Shown here in pieces: positions 20,334 to 29,112 of a stretch of 64,000 bases of DNA. Below the pieces are notes generated by a model. That model did no database searches, was not told where the DNA came from, and saw nothing but the letters and a program-made list of their open reading frames with translations. The position numbers were made by a program, and so were the translations under genes. The DNA lies in the IMG/VR virus record IMGVR_UViG_3300028394_002328, positions 186,001 to 250,000 of that record; one strand, written 5' to 3'. Numbering within the stretch: position 1 is the stretch's first letter; every line of letters starts with the position of its first letter.

Positions 20334-20774
20334 ATGTTAGTAGATAATTTAAAAGTACTGTTAGCTAGTACACAAGCGTTTGCTATCAAGTCACAAAACT
20401 TTCATTGGAATGTTGAAGGCAGTAATTTCCCACAATATCACGAATTCTTTAATACATTATATGAAGATGTAAATGCTACCATAGATCCAATTGCCGAGTA
20501 TATTAGAATCCTAGGTCATTACACACCAGGCAGTTTATCTAGATATGCTGAATTAAGTATTATTCAAGACCAAACAAAGATTCCTCGTGCTCAATTAATG
20601 TTTGCTGAATTATTACAAGATTGTCACACATTAAGCCAATTAGTTGTTAATATGTTTGATGAAGCAACAAATGAGCGTCAACAAGGCATTGCTAATTACA
20701 TGGCTGAACTACAAGACTTGTATGGTAAAAAAGCTTGGTTTATTAATTCCACACTTAAAACTGAGCGTGAGTAA
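20334..20774 (+). CDS. dps: Dps/ferritin-like DNA protection protein
   Basis: NFHWNVEG.NF.QYHEFF..LYE...D.IAEYIR.LG is the Dps signature; ATG at 20334 preferred over TTG 20307. Confidence 0.88.
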   Translation: MLVDNLKVLLASTQAFAIKSQNFHWNVEGSNFPQYHEFFNTLYEDVNATIDPIAEYIRILGHYTPGSLSRYAELSIIQDQTKIPRAQLMFAELLQDCHTLSQLVVNMFDEATNERQQGIANYMAELQDLYGKKAWFINSTLKTERE

Positions 20775-21547
20775 TGAGACTTAATGAATTTGTGGTTGAC
20801 GAAGAAATAGTACAAGATGCTATTGTTAGAATACCACAGACTGAAATATTCAGTCAAGGTGATGATTATATCGGTCAATTAGAACGAGCGGCTAGCACAC
20901 AAATAAGTGCGATGTTTAAAAAGTTAAAGCCTGTACCTGATGATCAGGATTTAAGATATGGTATTATTCCAAAAGATGACGTTGGTCAATATCATGTTAT
21001 TATAGTTAATAACACTGATAGAATAATTGGTGACTTAGTATTATCTCCAGTAAAAGATTTTCCATTACAACCTGCATATACTGTAGAGTTCGTTACTGTC
21101 GCAGAAGAATATCGTGGCATGGGTGTCGGTAATCTATTATATAAGATAGCACTTAGAGATCAGGGAATACAATTAATAGCAGGCGAAAGCCAAACAGTAG
21201 GTGGTCGTAGAAATTGGATCAGTTTAAGTAAAACACCCGGTGTTATGATATCAGGGTGGGGTTGGGTCAATGTAAGTGAACAGGCTAATAGTAATCCTGA
21301 ACTAGTTAAAATTCAAAAGAAATTTGAAAAGTCAATGACAAAAGCAGGAGCAAAAAGTTTAGGTGTAAATAAAGGCCCTTCGAATACACTGTCTCGTGCG
21401 ATTAATAAACATTGGTATTTGTTCCCAGTACATGCTGGTGAAAAAGAATTTAAAGCAATCAATAACTCAATAAAGATTTATTATAATGATGTGTACAATC
21501 TTCCATTTTTATACAAGGTTGGATTGTTAGCAAATTGGGGTAATTAA
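20774..21547 (+). CDS. GNAT-like acetyltransferase domain protein
   Basis: VEFVTVAEEYRGMGVGNLLY motif A and QT.GG...W; MRLNEF start. Confidence 0.65.
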   Translation: MRLNEFVVDEEIVQDAIVRIPQTEIFSQGDDYIGQLERAASTQISAMFKKLKPVPDDQDLRYGIIPKDDVGQYHVIIVNNTDRIIGDLVLSPVKDFPLQPAYTVEFVTVAEEYRGMGVGNLLYKIALRDQGIQLIAGESQTVGGRRNWISLSKTPGVMISGWGWVNVSEQANSNPELVKIQKKFEKSMTKAGAKSLGVNKGPSNTLSRAINKHWYLFPVHAGEKEFKAINNSIKIYYNDVYNLPFLYKVGLLANWGN

Positions 21548-21559
21548 CTAAATAATAAT

Positions 21560-23290
21560 ATGAGAGCATTAGAATTTTTAAACGAAACCCAAGTCTTGGA
21601 CGAAATAGATATGAGTCCAAGCTCATTAAAGCAGTTAGCAGCAGGCACCGGTGCCATGGCAGGTATGGAATTTGAAATGTATGTGCCTGATGTTGCAGGA
21701 GGTGAAGATGAAGATTCAAGCCCAGAACCTGATTATGATGAAGATCAACCTGCAAGAAGTCTTGACCAAATATATGAATTTTTTGAAGCCGATGGTGAGT
21801 GGAATAGCCCATTTGAAGTTGGTAGATTACATAGCAAATTACAAGAAGAATATACAGAATGGGTAAGTGAAAAAATAAGTGAAGATTGGGATCATTCTCC
21901 AACCGAACATGTATATCAATGGGCAAAAGAAAATATTGAATATGAAGATAGAGATGAACTTGAAAAAATAGTTGAAAAGGCTGTAGAAGAAGGTCATGGT
22001 AATGAAATATATGATCAAGCGGATGAGGCTTTTAGAGAATCTATGCTTGAAGAATATATGAATGATGACTCAAATGAAAGAGAGTTTTTAAGAGATTCAG
22101 GCATTAGATTCATGAGTGATATTGAATCAGGCTATGACATTACTTGGCCATATTGGACATATCCAGAGGTTGGAGGTGAAAGAACTATAAAACAAGTTGC
22201 TTTACAGTTTATGACAGACTTAGGTCTTAACAACATAGCGGTAAGTGATAGTTACCACGGTTCTTATTATATGTCAAGCGGAGGCAACGATTGGACACCT
22301 ATTGGCCGTAGTAAACCAAATGATACTTACACTATAGAGCCAGATGGTAGTCTTACATCAAAGAAAGAACCCAGTGATTCAGGTTTAGAATTTGTAAGTA
22401 ATCCATTGCCCTTAGATGAAATGATCAATAGTTTAAATGAAGTAGTTCAATGGGCTAGAACAAATATTTGTTATACTAATAGAAGTACAGGTTTACACAT
22501 GAATGTAAGTGTACCTGGGTGCAGCCGTGAAAAATTAGACTATGTAAAACTTGCGCTATTATTAGGTGATGAATATGTATTAGACCAATTTGGTCGTTCA
22601 GCAAATAGTTTCGCAAAAAGTGCAATGAGTAGTTTACAGTCTAGAGCCACTTATATGCAAAGTGAACCGGAGTTACTTACCTTTTTTGATGAAATGAGAA
22701 AGGGTTTAAGTGTAGAGGCAGCAAAACTTATTCATAGTGGAAATACTAGCAAATATGTTAGTATTAATACTAAAGAGGGTTATATTGAATTTCGCAGCCC
22801 AGGTGGCGATTGGTTAAATGAAGATATACCTAAATTAGAAAATACACTATTAAGATTTGTAGTAGCATTAGATGCCGCTTGTGACCCACAAAAATATCGT
22901 ACAGAATATCTTAAAAAATTATATAAATTATTAAAACCTACAACTAAAGGCGATGCACTTGATGTTTTTGCCAAGTATTCATCTGGACAATTACAGAAAC
23001 AAGACTTAATAACTTTACTTAAAAGAGCAAGAGGTATACAAAAACCTATTCAGCCTATTCAAGCAAAAGTAAGTGCTGGCCCTGCTGAACCTGCATTTGG
23101 TCAACCACCAAGTAGGATGCCTGAATATCAAATTTATGACAGTAGAACTGGTGAAGAATATGAACTTTTTCAGGCATACGATGATGAAGCCGCGTTGAGT
23201 CGTTTAGATGATTATCGCCGCATGGCTAGAAATAGTGCTAGTTCGCTAGATCCTAATAGGTTTGTTCTCCGTCATGTGGTAAATGGATAA
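21560..23290 (+). CDS. putative amidoligase (COOH-NH2 ligase type)
   Basis: GMEFE, IEPDGSL, GLEFVS.P, STGLHMNVS, KYVSIN, IEFRSPG motifs; MRALEFLNE start. Confidence 0.75.
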   Translation: MRALEFLNETQVLDEIDMSPSSLKQLAAGTGAMAGMEFEMYVPDVAGGEDEDSSPEPDYDEDQPARSLDQIYEFFEADGEWNSPFEVGRLHSKLQEEYTEWVSEKISEDWDHSPTEHVYQWAKENIEYEDRDELEKIVEKAVEEGHGNEIYDQADEAFRESMLEEYMNDDSNEREFLRDSGIRFMSDIESGYDITWPYWTYPEVGGERTIKQVALQFMTDLGLNNIAVSDSYHGSYYMSSGGNDWTPIGRSKPNDTYTIEPDGSLTSKKEPSDSGLEFVSNPLPLDEMINSLNEVVQWARTNICYTNRSTGLHMNVSVPGCSREKLDYVKLALLLGDEYVLDQFGRSANSFAKSAMSSLQSRATYMQSEPELLTFFDEMRKGLSVEAAKLIHSGNTSKYVSINTKEGYIEFRSPGGDWLNEDIPKLENTLLRFVVALDAACDPQKYRTEYLKKLYKLLKPTTKGDALDVFAKYSSGQLQKQDLITLLKRARGIQKPIQPIQAKVSAGPAEPAFGQPPSRMPEYQIYDSRTGEEYELFQAYDDEAALSRLDDYRRMARNSASSLDPNRFVLRHVVNG

Positions 23291-23305
23291 CAAAAGGAGT
23301 ATATT

Positions 23306-23743
23306 ATGAAAAAAATTATAGCAATCGCATTATTGGTAATATCAACTACGGTTGACGCACAAAAAACACCACAAGGTGTTATATACGATTTCCCTATTAC
23401 TAGAGTATTAGATGGTGATACAGTAGCATTTCAGGCTACATTTTTACCACCTCCACTTAAACAAGAACTTAGTATAAGAGTATTTGGTGTAGATACTCCT
23501 GAAAAAGGATTTAGAGCCAAATGTCCACAAGAAGATCAAAGAGGACAGGCTGCTTCCGCATTTACAAAAGATTTAGTATCTCATGCACAAAAACGCCAAG
23601 TTGTTATCATGGACTGGGATAAATTTGGTGGGCGTGTATTAGGCGATGTAATCCTTGATGGTAAGAGTTTACGTGAACAACTTATTACAAATAATTATGC
23701 TAGAGCATACTTTGGCGAAGCAAAACAATCTTGGTGTAATTAA
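23306..23743 (+). CDS. staphylococcal nuclease-like (thermonuclease) with signal peptide
   Basis: RVLDGDT, IRVFGVDTPE, DKFGGRVLG motifs; MKKIIAIALLVISTTVDA signal peptide. Confidence 0.85.
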   Translation: MKKIIAIALLVISTTVDAQKTPQGVIYDFPITRVLDGDTVAFQATFLPPPLKQELSIRVFGVDTPEKGFRAKCPQEDQRGQAASAFTKDLVSHAQKRQVVIMDWDKFGGRVLGDVILDGKSLREQLITNNYARAYFGEAKQSWCN

Positions 23744-23748
23744 TATAA

Positions 23749-24324
23749 ATGATAACTGAATCATTCGTTGGTGAAACTGCGGTTATGGAGTTATATAAAA
23801 AACTCCCTGGCCTATCCAAACACAACTATAATACCATTGATAAATTAATGCGGATAATTGCACAAAAGCATGAACTTAGTAGTGATGCATTGAATGATTT
23901 ATTTGTGAAAAAATTTAATCGTAGTCCTGATAGTTGGGTTAAAGGAAAATTAGACGAATCTGATGTTGAATGTGATTTAGAACAAGAAGTAGAAAAGTTT
24001 GTAGATTGGGCTGCTAAAAAGTTGAATTTACAAACCACTCCCAAAATTGAACTAAGCATGGATACTGAAGAAGCACAAACTAATCATCATACTGGTAGCC
24101 ATACTGATGGTGATAACAGTGTTTGGGTATATGCTAAAAACCGTAATTTGGTTGACATACTAAGAACGGTATTTCACGAATTGGTTCATGTCAGACAAGG
24201 TGAATTGAATATGATTAAACCGGGATCTAGTTACCCTGGCAGCCCAATAGAAGTCATGGCAGATTGTTTAGCTGGCAAGTATATTAAGATATACGGTGAA
24301 AAGAATCACCATATTTTCCAATGA
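23749..24324 (+). CDS. zincin-like metallopeptidase domain protein
   Basis: RTVFHELVHVRQ (HExxH) with downstream E in SPIEV. Confidence 0.65.
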   Translation: MITESFVGETAVMELYKKLPGLSKHNYNTIDKLMRIIAQKHELSSDALNDLFVKKFNRSPDSWVKGKLDESDVECDLEQEVEKFVDWAAKKLNLQTTPKIELSMDTEEAQTNHHTGSHTDGDNSVWVYAKNRNLVDILRTVFHELVHVRQGELNMIKPGSSYPGSPIEVMADCLAGKYIKIYGEKNHHIFQ

Positions 24325-24725
24325 GACATTTTGAATTTATTACCGAACAGAAATCAATCACACAACATACCGAAGGTGGTTCGTTAGAAGGGTATGTTAT
24401 GTCTACAGATAAACCCAATATTAATAACTACTTACAAAGTCAAGGTGCAACACCTGAGTTAATAGACAATATCGCAAAACGGTATAAAACTTTGGGGTTA
24501 ATAAGAAACATGTATGTAGATGATGATTATCGTGGTCAAGGCATTGGTAATGATTTAGTAAGCAACGCAATTGATGATGCTGCTAATAACGGCGCAGAAG
24601 CCATTATATTAATCTCAGATACCGACGAAGATAACCCATTTGATTTAACAAAATGGTATGAGGGTTTTGGGTTTGAAGTAGTGGGTACGGCGGGTAATAA
24701 CCCTGTAATGATACTTGATCTTTAA
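24321..24725 (+). CDS. GNAT family acetyltransferase
   Basis: MYVDDDYRGQGIG motif A and L..WYEGFGF motif B; MRHFEFITE start. Confidence 0.8.
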   Translation: MRHFEFITEQKSITQHTEGGSLEGYVMSTDKPNINNYLQSQGATPELIDNIAKRYKTLGLIRNMYVDDDYRGQGIGNDLVSNAIDDAANNGAEAIILISDTDEDNPFDLTKWYEGFGFEVVGTAGNNPVMILDL

Positions 24726-24743
24726 GTCATCTTGTGTTATCAT
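24715..24743 (+). promoter_or_regulatory. sigma70-type promoter, probably giving a leaderless tilS-like mRNA
   Basis: TTGATC-17 nt-TATCAT; ATG at 24750 lies 6 nt after the -10 box and has no SD. Confidence 0.5.
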
Positions 24744-24749
24744 ACACAG

Positions 24750-25343
24750 ATGCTTAAATTACTTTTTCCATTACCCAAAAAATTGACCGTTGCTTGTAGC
24801 GGCGGTGTAGATAGTATGGCTGTATTAGATTTCTTGCGTAGAAATCATGAGGTTACTGTGGCCTTTTATCATCATAGTACACCTAACAGCGATGCTGCAT
24901 ATCAATTTGTAGCCAATTATTGTAGTGAACATGATTTACCACTATTCTTTGGAAAACTAAACGAATCCAAACCCAAAGAATTAAGTCAAGAAGAGTTTTG
25001 GAGAAATAAGCGTTACGATTTTCTTCGTGGATTTGACACGGTAATTACAGCACATCATTTAGATGATTGTGTAGAAACATATATTTGGTCATCATTACAC
25101 GGAAAAGCAAAACTCCCACATAGATATGTCCGTGGAAATGTTATGCGACCATTTTTAACTACTCCAAAAACAGAATTCATTTCATGGTGTGAACGACACC
25201 ATGTTAAATGGAGTGAGGATATCAGCAATAAAGACACTAATTATACTAGAAATTATATCAGACACGAACTAATGCCACATGCATTAAAGGTTAATCCTGG
25301 ATTAAGAACTACTGTTAAAAAAATTGTTGAGCGAGGTGGTTAA
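24750..25343 (+). CDS. tilS: TilS-like PP-loop ATPase (tRNA(Ile)-lysidine synthase catalytic domain only)
   Basis: VACSGGVDSM, TAHHLDD.VET, RPFL, W.ED.SN.D..YTRNYIRH; lacks the TilS C-terminal domains. Confidence 0.75.
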   Translation: MLKLLFPLPKKLTVACSGGVDSMAVLDFLRRNHEVTVAFYHHSTPNSDAAYQFVANYCSEHDLPLFFGKLNESKPKELSQEEFWRNKRYDFLRGFDTVITAHHLDDCVETYIWSSLHGKAKLPHRYVRGNVMRPFLTTPKTEFISWCERHHVKWSEDISNKDTNYTRNYIRHELMPHALKVNPGLRTTVKKIVERGG

Positions 25344-25985
25344 ATTAAACCTAGTATTGCATTATTCATGAATCATCCAGAATGCAGTGTATTATGTTGC
25401 TCTGGAATGTACGAAGCATTATCATGTGACTTTAATATAGAAATATTGCCGTTTAAAGATGTTAAATTAAAAAAACTTAAGAAGTATCACATTGTAGCCT
25501 TTCCTGGTGGTATTGGCGATAGCGATTCGTTTGAACATCTACTTAAAAACCGTGCTGATGATGTAACCGAATATATTCATAACGGTGGTAGGTACTTGGG
25601 CATTTGCATGGGAGCATACTGGGCAGGCAAATACTATTTTAAGTTGCTTGATGATGTAGAACCAGTACAATATATCAAACGCCGTAAAAGCGATATTAAA
25701 CGAAGTTATGCAACCATAGCAGATGTATTATGGAATGATGAACCACAATCAATGTACTTTTATGATGGGTGTGCATTGATAGGTGACCAAAATAAAATGA
25801 GTATTGTGTCAACCTATGCCAATGGTGATCCAATGGCTATCTACCAAAAACGAATTGGTTTGATTGGGTGCCACCCTGAAAGTATGCCAAGTTGGTACGA
25901 CAGACCCTATCTACAATCATATTGGCATGAATTTGCCCATCATAAACTACTATTATCATTTGTCAACAACTTAATGAAAGCGTAA
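25344..25985 (+). CDS. class I glutamine amidotransferase-like (BPL_N-type) protein; probable ATT start
   Basis: FPGG, YLGICMGAY (nucleophile Cys), CHPE (His-Glu); in-frame IKPSIALF precedes first ATG (25368) and follows SD GAGGTG. Confidence 0.72.
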   Translation: MKPSIALFMNHPECSVLCCSGMYEALSCDFNIEILPFKDVKLKKLKKYHIVAFPGGIGDSDSFEHLLKNRADDVTEYIHNGGRYLGICMGAYWAGKYYFKLLDDVEPVQYIKRRKSDIKRSYATIADVLWNDEPQSMYFYDGCALIGDQNKMSIVSTYANGDPMAIYQKRIGLIGCHPESMPSWYDRPYLQSYWHEFAHHKLLLSFVNNLMKA

Positions 25986-26009
25986 TTGACCCGTAATTAC
26001 GCAAAAAGT

Positions 26010-26038
26010 TTGACTTTGTTACGCACATACTGTATACT
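26010..26038 (+). promoter_or_regulatory. sigma70 promoter for the replication operon
   Basis: TTGACT-17 nt-TATACT. Confidence 0.75.
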
Positions 26039-26061
26039 AAATTACTTCACAAGGAGAATCT

Positions 26062-26322
26062 ATGACTGCACGAACTTTTAGCGCAGAAGCAAAAATTAAG
26101 CTTACCCAAATGATCAACGAAGGCATGGCTACCATGCATGAAATTGATACACTAAACGGTGGCTTGAATGATACCATTAAAGCAGTAGCCGAAGAACTAG
26201 AGATTAAGGCTAGCACATTGAAGAAAGCAGTAAAAATTGCTCATAAGGCTAGTTTGGGTCAGACTAACAAAGACCATGACGAACTCAATACGATTTTGGA
26301 GACGGTTGGCAAAACCCTATGA
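26062..26322 (+). CDS. small helical DNA-binding protein, T4 DsbA-like
   Basis: 86 aa, ..DTIKAVAEELEIK.STLKKAVKIAHK pattern, directly upstream of the polymerase. Confidence 0.5.
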   Translation: MTARTFSAEAKIKLTQMINEGMATMHEIDTLNGGLNDTIKAVAEELEIKASTLKKAVKIAHKASLGQTNKDHDELNTILETVGKTL

Positions 26323-29033
26323 GTTATGTAGACGCTATACATGACCGCAATGGCGACAAGATATTTGTCGTAGAACGGACTACCCAAGGTACAAGGACTT
26401 TTAAAGAGTACCCTGCTAACTATACATTTTATTACAGCGATCCTAAGGGCAAATATCGTAGTCTTTATGGCGATCCTGTAAACAAATTCAGTACAAGAAA
26501 ACGTGCTGAGTTTGAAAAGGAGCGTAGGATTCATTCAGGTAAGAAATTATTTGAAAGTGATATCAATGTAGTCTTTCGCTGCCTTTCAGAGAATTATCTG
26601 AAAATTGATCCTCCTAAGTTGCATACATGCTTCTTTGACATTGAGGTTGATTTTGATCCTGAAAAGGGCTTTAGTCCCACTAGTGATCCATTCAACCCTG
26701 TAACAGCAATTAGTATGTATTTGGATTGGCTAGACCAATTGTTTACTCTATGTATTGCTCCTAAACATATGTCCGAAGAAACGGCACAAGAAATTGTAGG
26801 AGAATTTGATAACACTATCCTTTTTAAAAGTGAAAAGGAAATGTTTGATATGTTCTTTCAGTTGATTGACAATGCCGATGTTCTAACTGGTTGGAACTCA
26901 GAAGGATACGACATACCCTACATGATCAATCGTGTTACTAGGGTAATGAGTAAAGATGATACCCGTAAGTTTTGTTTGATGGGTCAGATGCCTAAGCCAA
27001 GAACTTATGAAAGGTTTGGAAAAGAAGAGCAAACATATGACTTAGTTGGTCGTATTCACATGGACTATCTACAGTTGTACAAAAAATACAATTATGAAAG
27101 TCGCCATAGCTATAAACTAGACTCTATCGGTGAGATGGAAGTTGGTGAAAATAAAACACAATATGAAGGTACTCTTGACCAATTGTATAACAAGGACTTT
27201 AAAAAGTTCCTTGAGTATAACAGGCAGGATACTATGTTGTTGGTTAAGATTCACAACAAGTTGAAATTTCTAGATTTAGCAAATGCTCTAGCACATGAGA
27301 ACACAGTGCTATTGCCAACAGTGATGGGTTCAGTTGCAATGATTGAAATGGCAATCATGAACGAAGCCCATGAGCGTGGTTTAGTAGTCCCTGATAAAAA
27401 ACGAAAGGAAGGAAGTAATGATGAACAACAAGCGGCAGGTGCCTATGTTGCTACGCCCAAAAGGGGCATTCACGAATGGGTCGGAGCAGTTGACATTAAC
27501 AGTCTTTACCCGTCAGCAATCCGCGCTCTTAACATGGCCCCTGAGACCATTGTCGGTCAGGTCAGGCAATCACTCACTAACCAATACATGCAAGACAAAG
27601 GCAAAAGGTTAGCCAACGAAAAGAAACGTGCTAAAGAAGATGACGATGCCGTAACTGGTAGTATTCTATGGGAAGGCTTGTTTGGCTCACTAGAATATAC
27701 TGCTATTATGAACCAAGAACGCGGCACAATGCTTACACTAGACTATGAAGATGGTCGTAGTGAAGAAATGAGTGCGGCAGAGATTTGGAAATTAATCTTT
27801 GATAGTCACAAGCCTTGGATACTTAGTGCTAATGGTACTATATTTAAGTATGACCAAGAAGGTGTGATTCCTGGTCTACTATCACGTTGGTATAGTGATC
27901 GTAAGGTCATGCAAAAGAAACTTAGAGAATCTACTACTGACGAAGATAAAGAGTATTGGGATAAGCGTCAATTAGTGCGTAAGATTTTGCTTAACTCAGC
28001 ATACGGCGCACTATTAAACGAGCATTGTCGTTTCTATGACAAGCGTATCGGTCAAAGTGTTACTCTAAGCGGTAGACAGATTGTTAAGCATATGATGAGT
28101 ACCATCAATGAAACAATCACTGGTGAATATAACCACGATGGTTCTGCGATTGTCTATGGAGATACTGACAGTTGCTACTTTAGTGCTTATGCTAGTTTGC
28201 AACCACAAATAAAAGGTGGTGAATTAGAGTGGAATAAAGAAACTTGTATTGGCTTGTATGATGGTATTGCCGATCAGGCTAACGATTCATTTCCTGCTTT
28301 CATGGAACGAGCATTTCATGCTCCAAGAAAGAATGGAGAAATCATCAAGGCTGGCCGTGAATTGATTGGTGATCGTACACTGTTTATCACAAAGAAACGT
28401 TATGCTATCAATATCTTTGACAAAGAAGGTAAGCGCAAAGATAAAGACGGTAAAATGGGTGACGTTAAGGCTATGGGCCTTGATTTGAAACGAGCGGATA
28501 CTCCTAAATACATTCAAGACTTTTTGATGGACGTCTTGTGTATGGTATTGCAAGAGGGTAAAAGCCGCGAAGAAGTCATTGAAAAAATCAAAGAGTTTAA
28601 GAAAACACTAAGTGAACAGGACAGTTGGACTAAAGGATCTCCTAAAGGTGTAAACAAACTTACAACGTATGGAGACTTGGAAGCTAACAGTAAAACTGGT
28701 CGTGCTAATATGCCAGGACATGTTAGAGCGGCATTGAACTATAACTACTTACGCAGAGTTAATGGTGACAATTATTCTATGAAAATCGTTGATGGAATGA
28801 AGGTTATCGTTTGTAAACTAAAACAAAATGCGTTAGGGTTCACTAGTATTGCATATCCAACTGATGAATTAAGGTTACCTGCTTGGTTCTGTGAACTTCC
28901 ATTTGATGATAACGAAATGGAACGTACATTAGTAGATGAAAAAATAGAAAATTTGCTAGGTGTATTAGGTTGGGATTTGCGTAGTAATACTAATACTAAT
29001 TCAACATTTGACCAATTGTTTACATTTGGGTAA
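26319..29033 (+). CDS. family B DNA polymerase (T4 gp43-like)
   Basis: Exo I FFDIEVD, Exo II GWNSEGYD, Exo III YNRQD; pol motifs VDINSLYPS, KILLNSAYG, YGDTDS; KKRYA; no intein or intron seen. Confidence 0.96.
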   Translation: MSYVDAIHDRNGDKIFVVERTTQGTRTFKEYPANYTFYYSDPKGKYRSLYGDPVNKFSTRKRAEFEKERRIHSGKKLFESDINVVFRCLSENYLKIDPPKLHTCFFDIEVDFDPEKGFSPTSDPFNPVTAISMYLDWLDQLFTLCIAPKHMSEETAQEIVGEFDNTILFKSEKEMFDMFFQLIDNADVLTGWNSEGYDIPYMINRVTRVMSKDDTRKFCLMGQMPKPRTYERFGKEEQTYDLVGRIHMDYLQLYKKYNYESRHSYKLDSIGEMEVGENKTQYEGTLDQLYNKDFKKFLEYNRQDTMLLVKIHNKLKFLDLANALAHENTVLLPTVMGSVAMIEMAIMNEAHERGLVVPDKKRKEGSNDEQQAAGAYVATPKRGIHEWVGAVDINSLYPSAIRALNMAPETIVGQVRQSLTNQYMQDKGKRLANEKKRAKEDDDAVTGSILWEGLFGSLEYTAIMNQERGTMLTLDYEDGRSEEMSAAEIWKLIFDSHKPWILSANGTIFKYDQEGVIPGLLSRWYSDRKVMQKKLRESTTDEDKEYWDKRQLVRKILLNSAYGALLNEHCRFYDKRIGQSVTLSGRQIVKHMMSTINETITGEYNHDGSAIVYGDTDSCYFSAYASLQPQIKGGELEWNKETCIGLYDGIADQANDSFPAFMERAFHAPRKNGEIIKAGRELIGDRTLFITKKRYAINIFDKEGKRKDKDGKMGDVKAMGLDLKRADTPKYIQDFLMDVLCMVLQEGKSREEVIEKIKEFKKTLSEQDSWTKGSPKGVNKLTTYGDLEANSKTGRANMPGHVRAALNYNYLRRVNGDNYSMKIVDGMKVIVCKLKQNALGFTSIAYPTDELRLPAWFCELPFDDNEMERTLVDEKIENLLGVLGWDLRSNTNTNSTFDQLFTFG

Positions 29034-29040
29034 ACTAGTA

Positions 29041-29069
29041 TTGACATTCGCAATAAATTCCACTATTAT
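29041..29069 (+). promoter_or_regulatory. sigma70 promoter
   Basis: TTGACA-17 nt-TATTAT upstream of the clamp / dpdA operon. Confidence 0.7.
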
Positions 29070-29112
29070 ACGACGTATAAATGCCTAAATATTTTAAACA
29101 TAAAGGAAAAAC

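Noticed and set aside
24750-25343. Calling the PP-loop ATPase QueC
   Set aside because: Lacks the QueC C-terminal Cys zinc motif and carries TilS-type motifs
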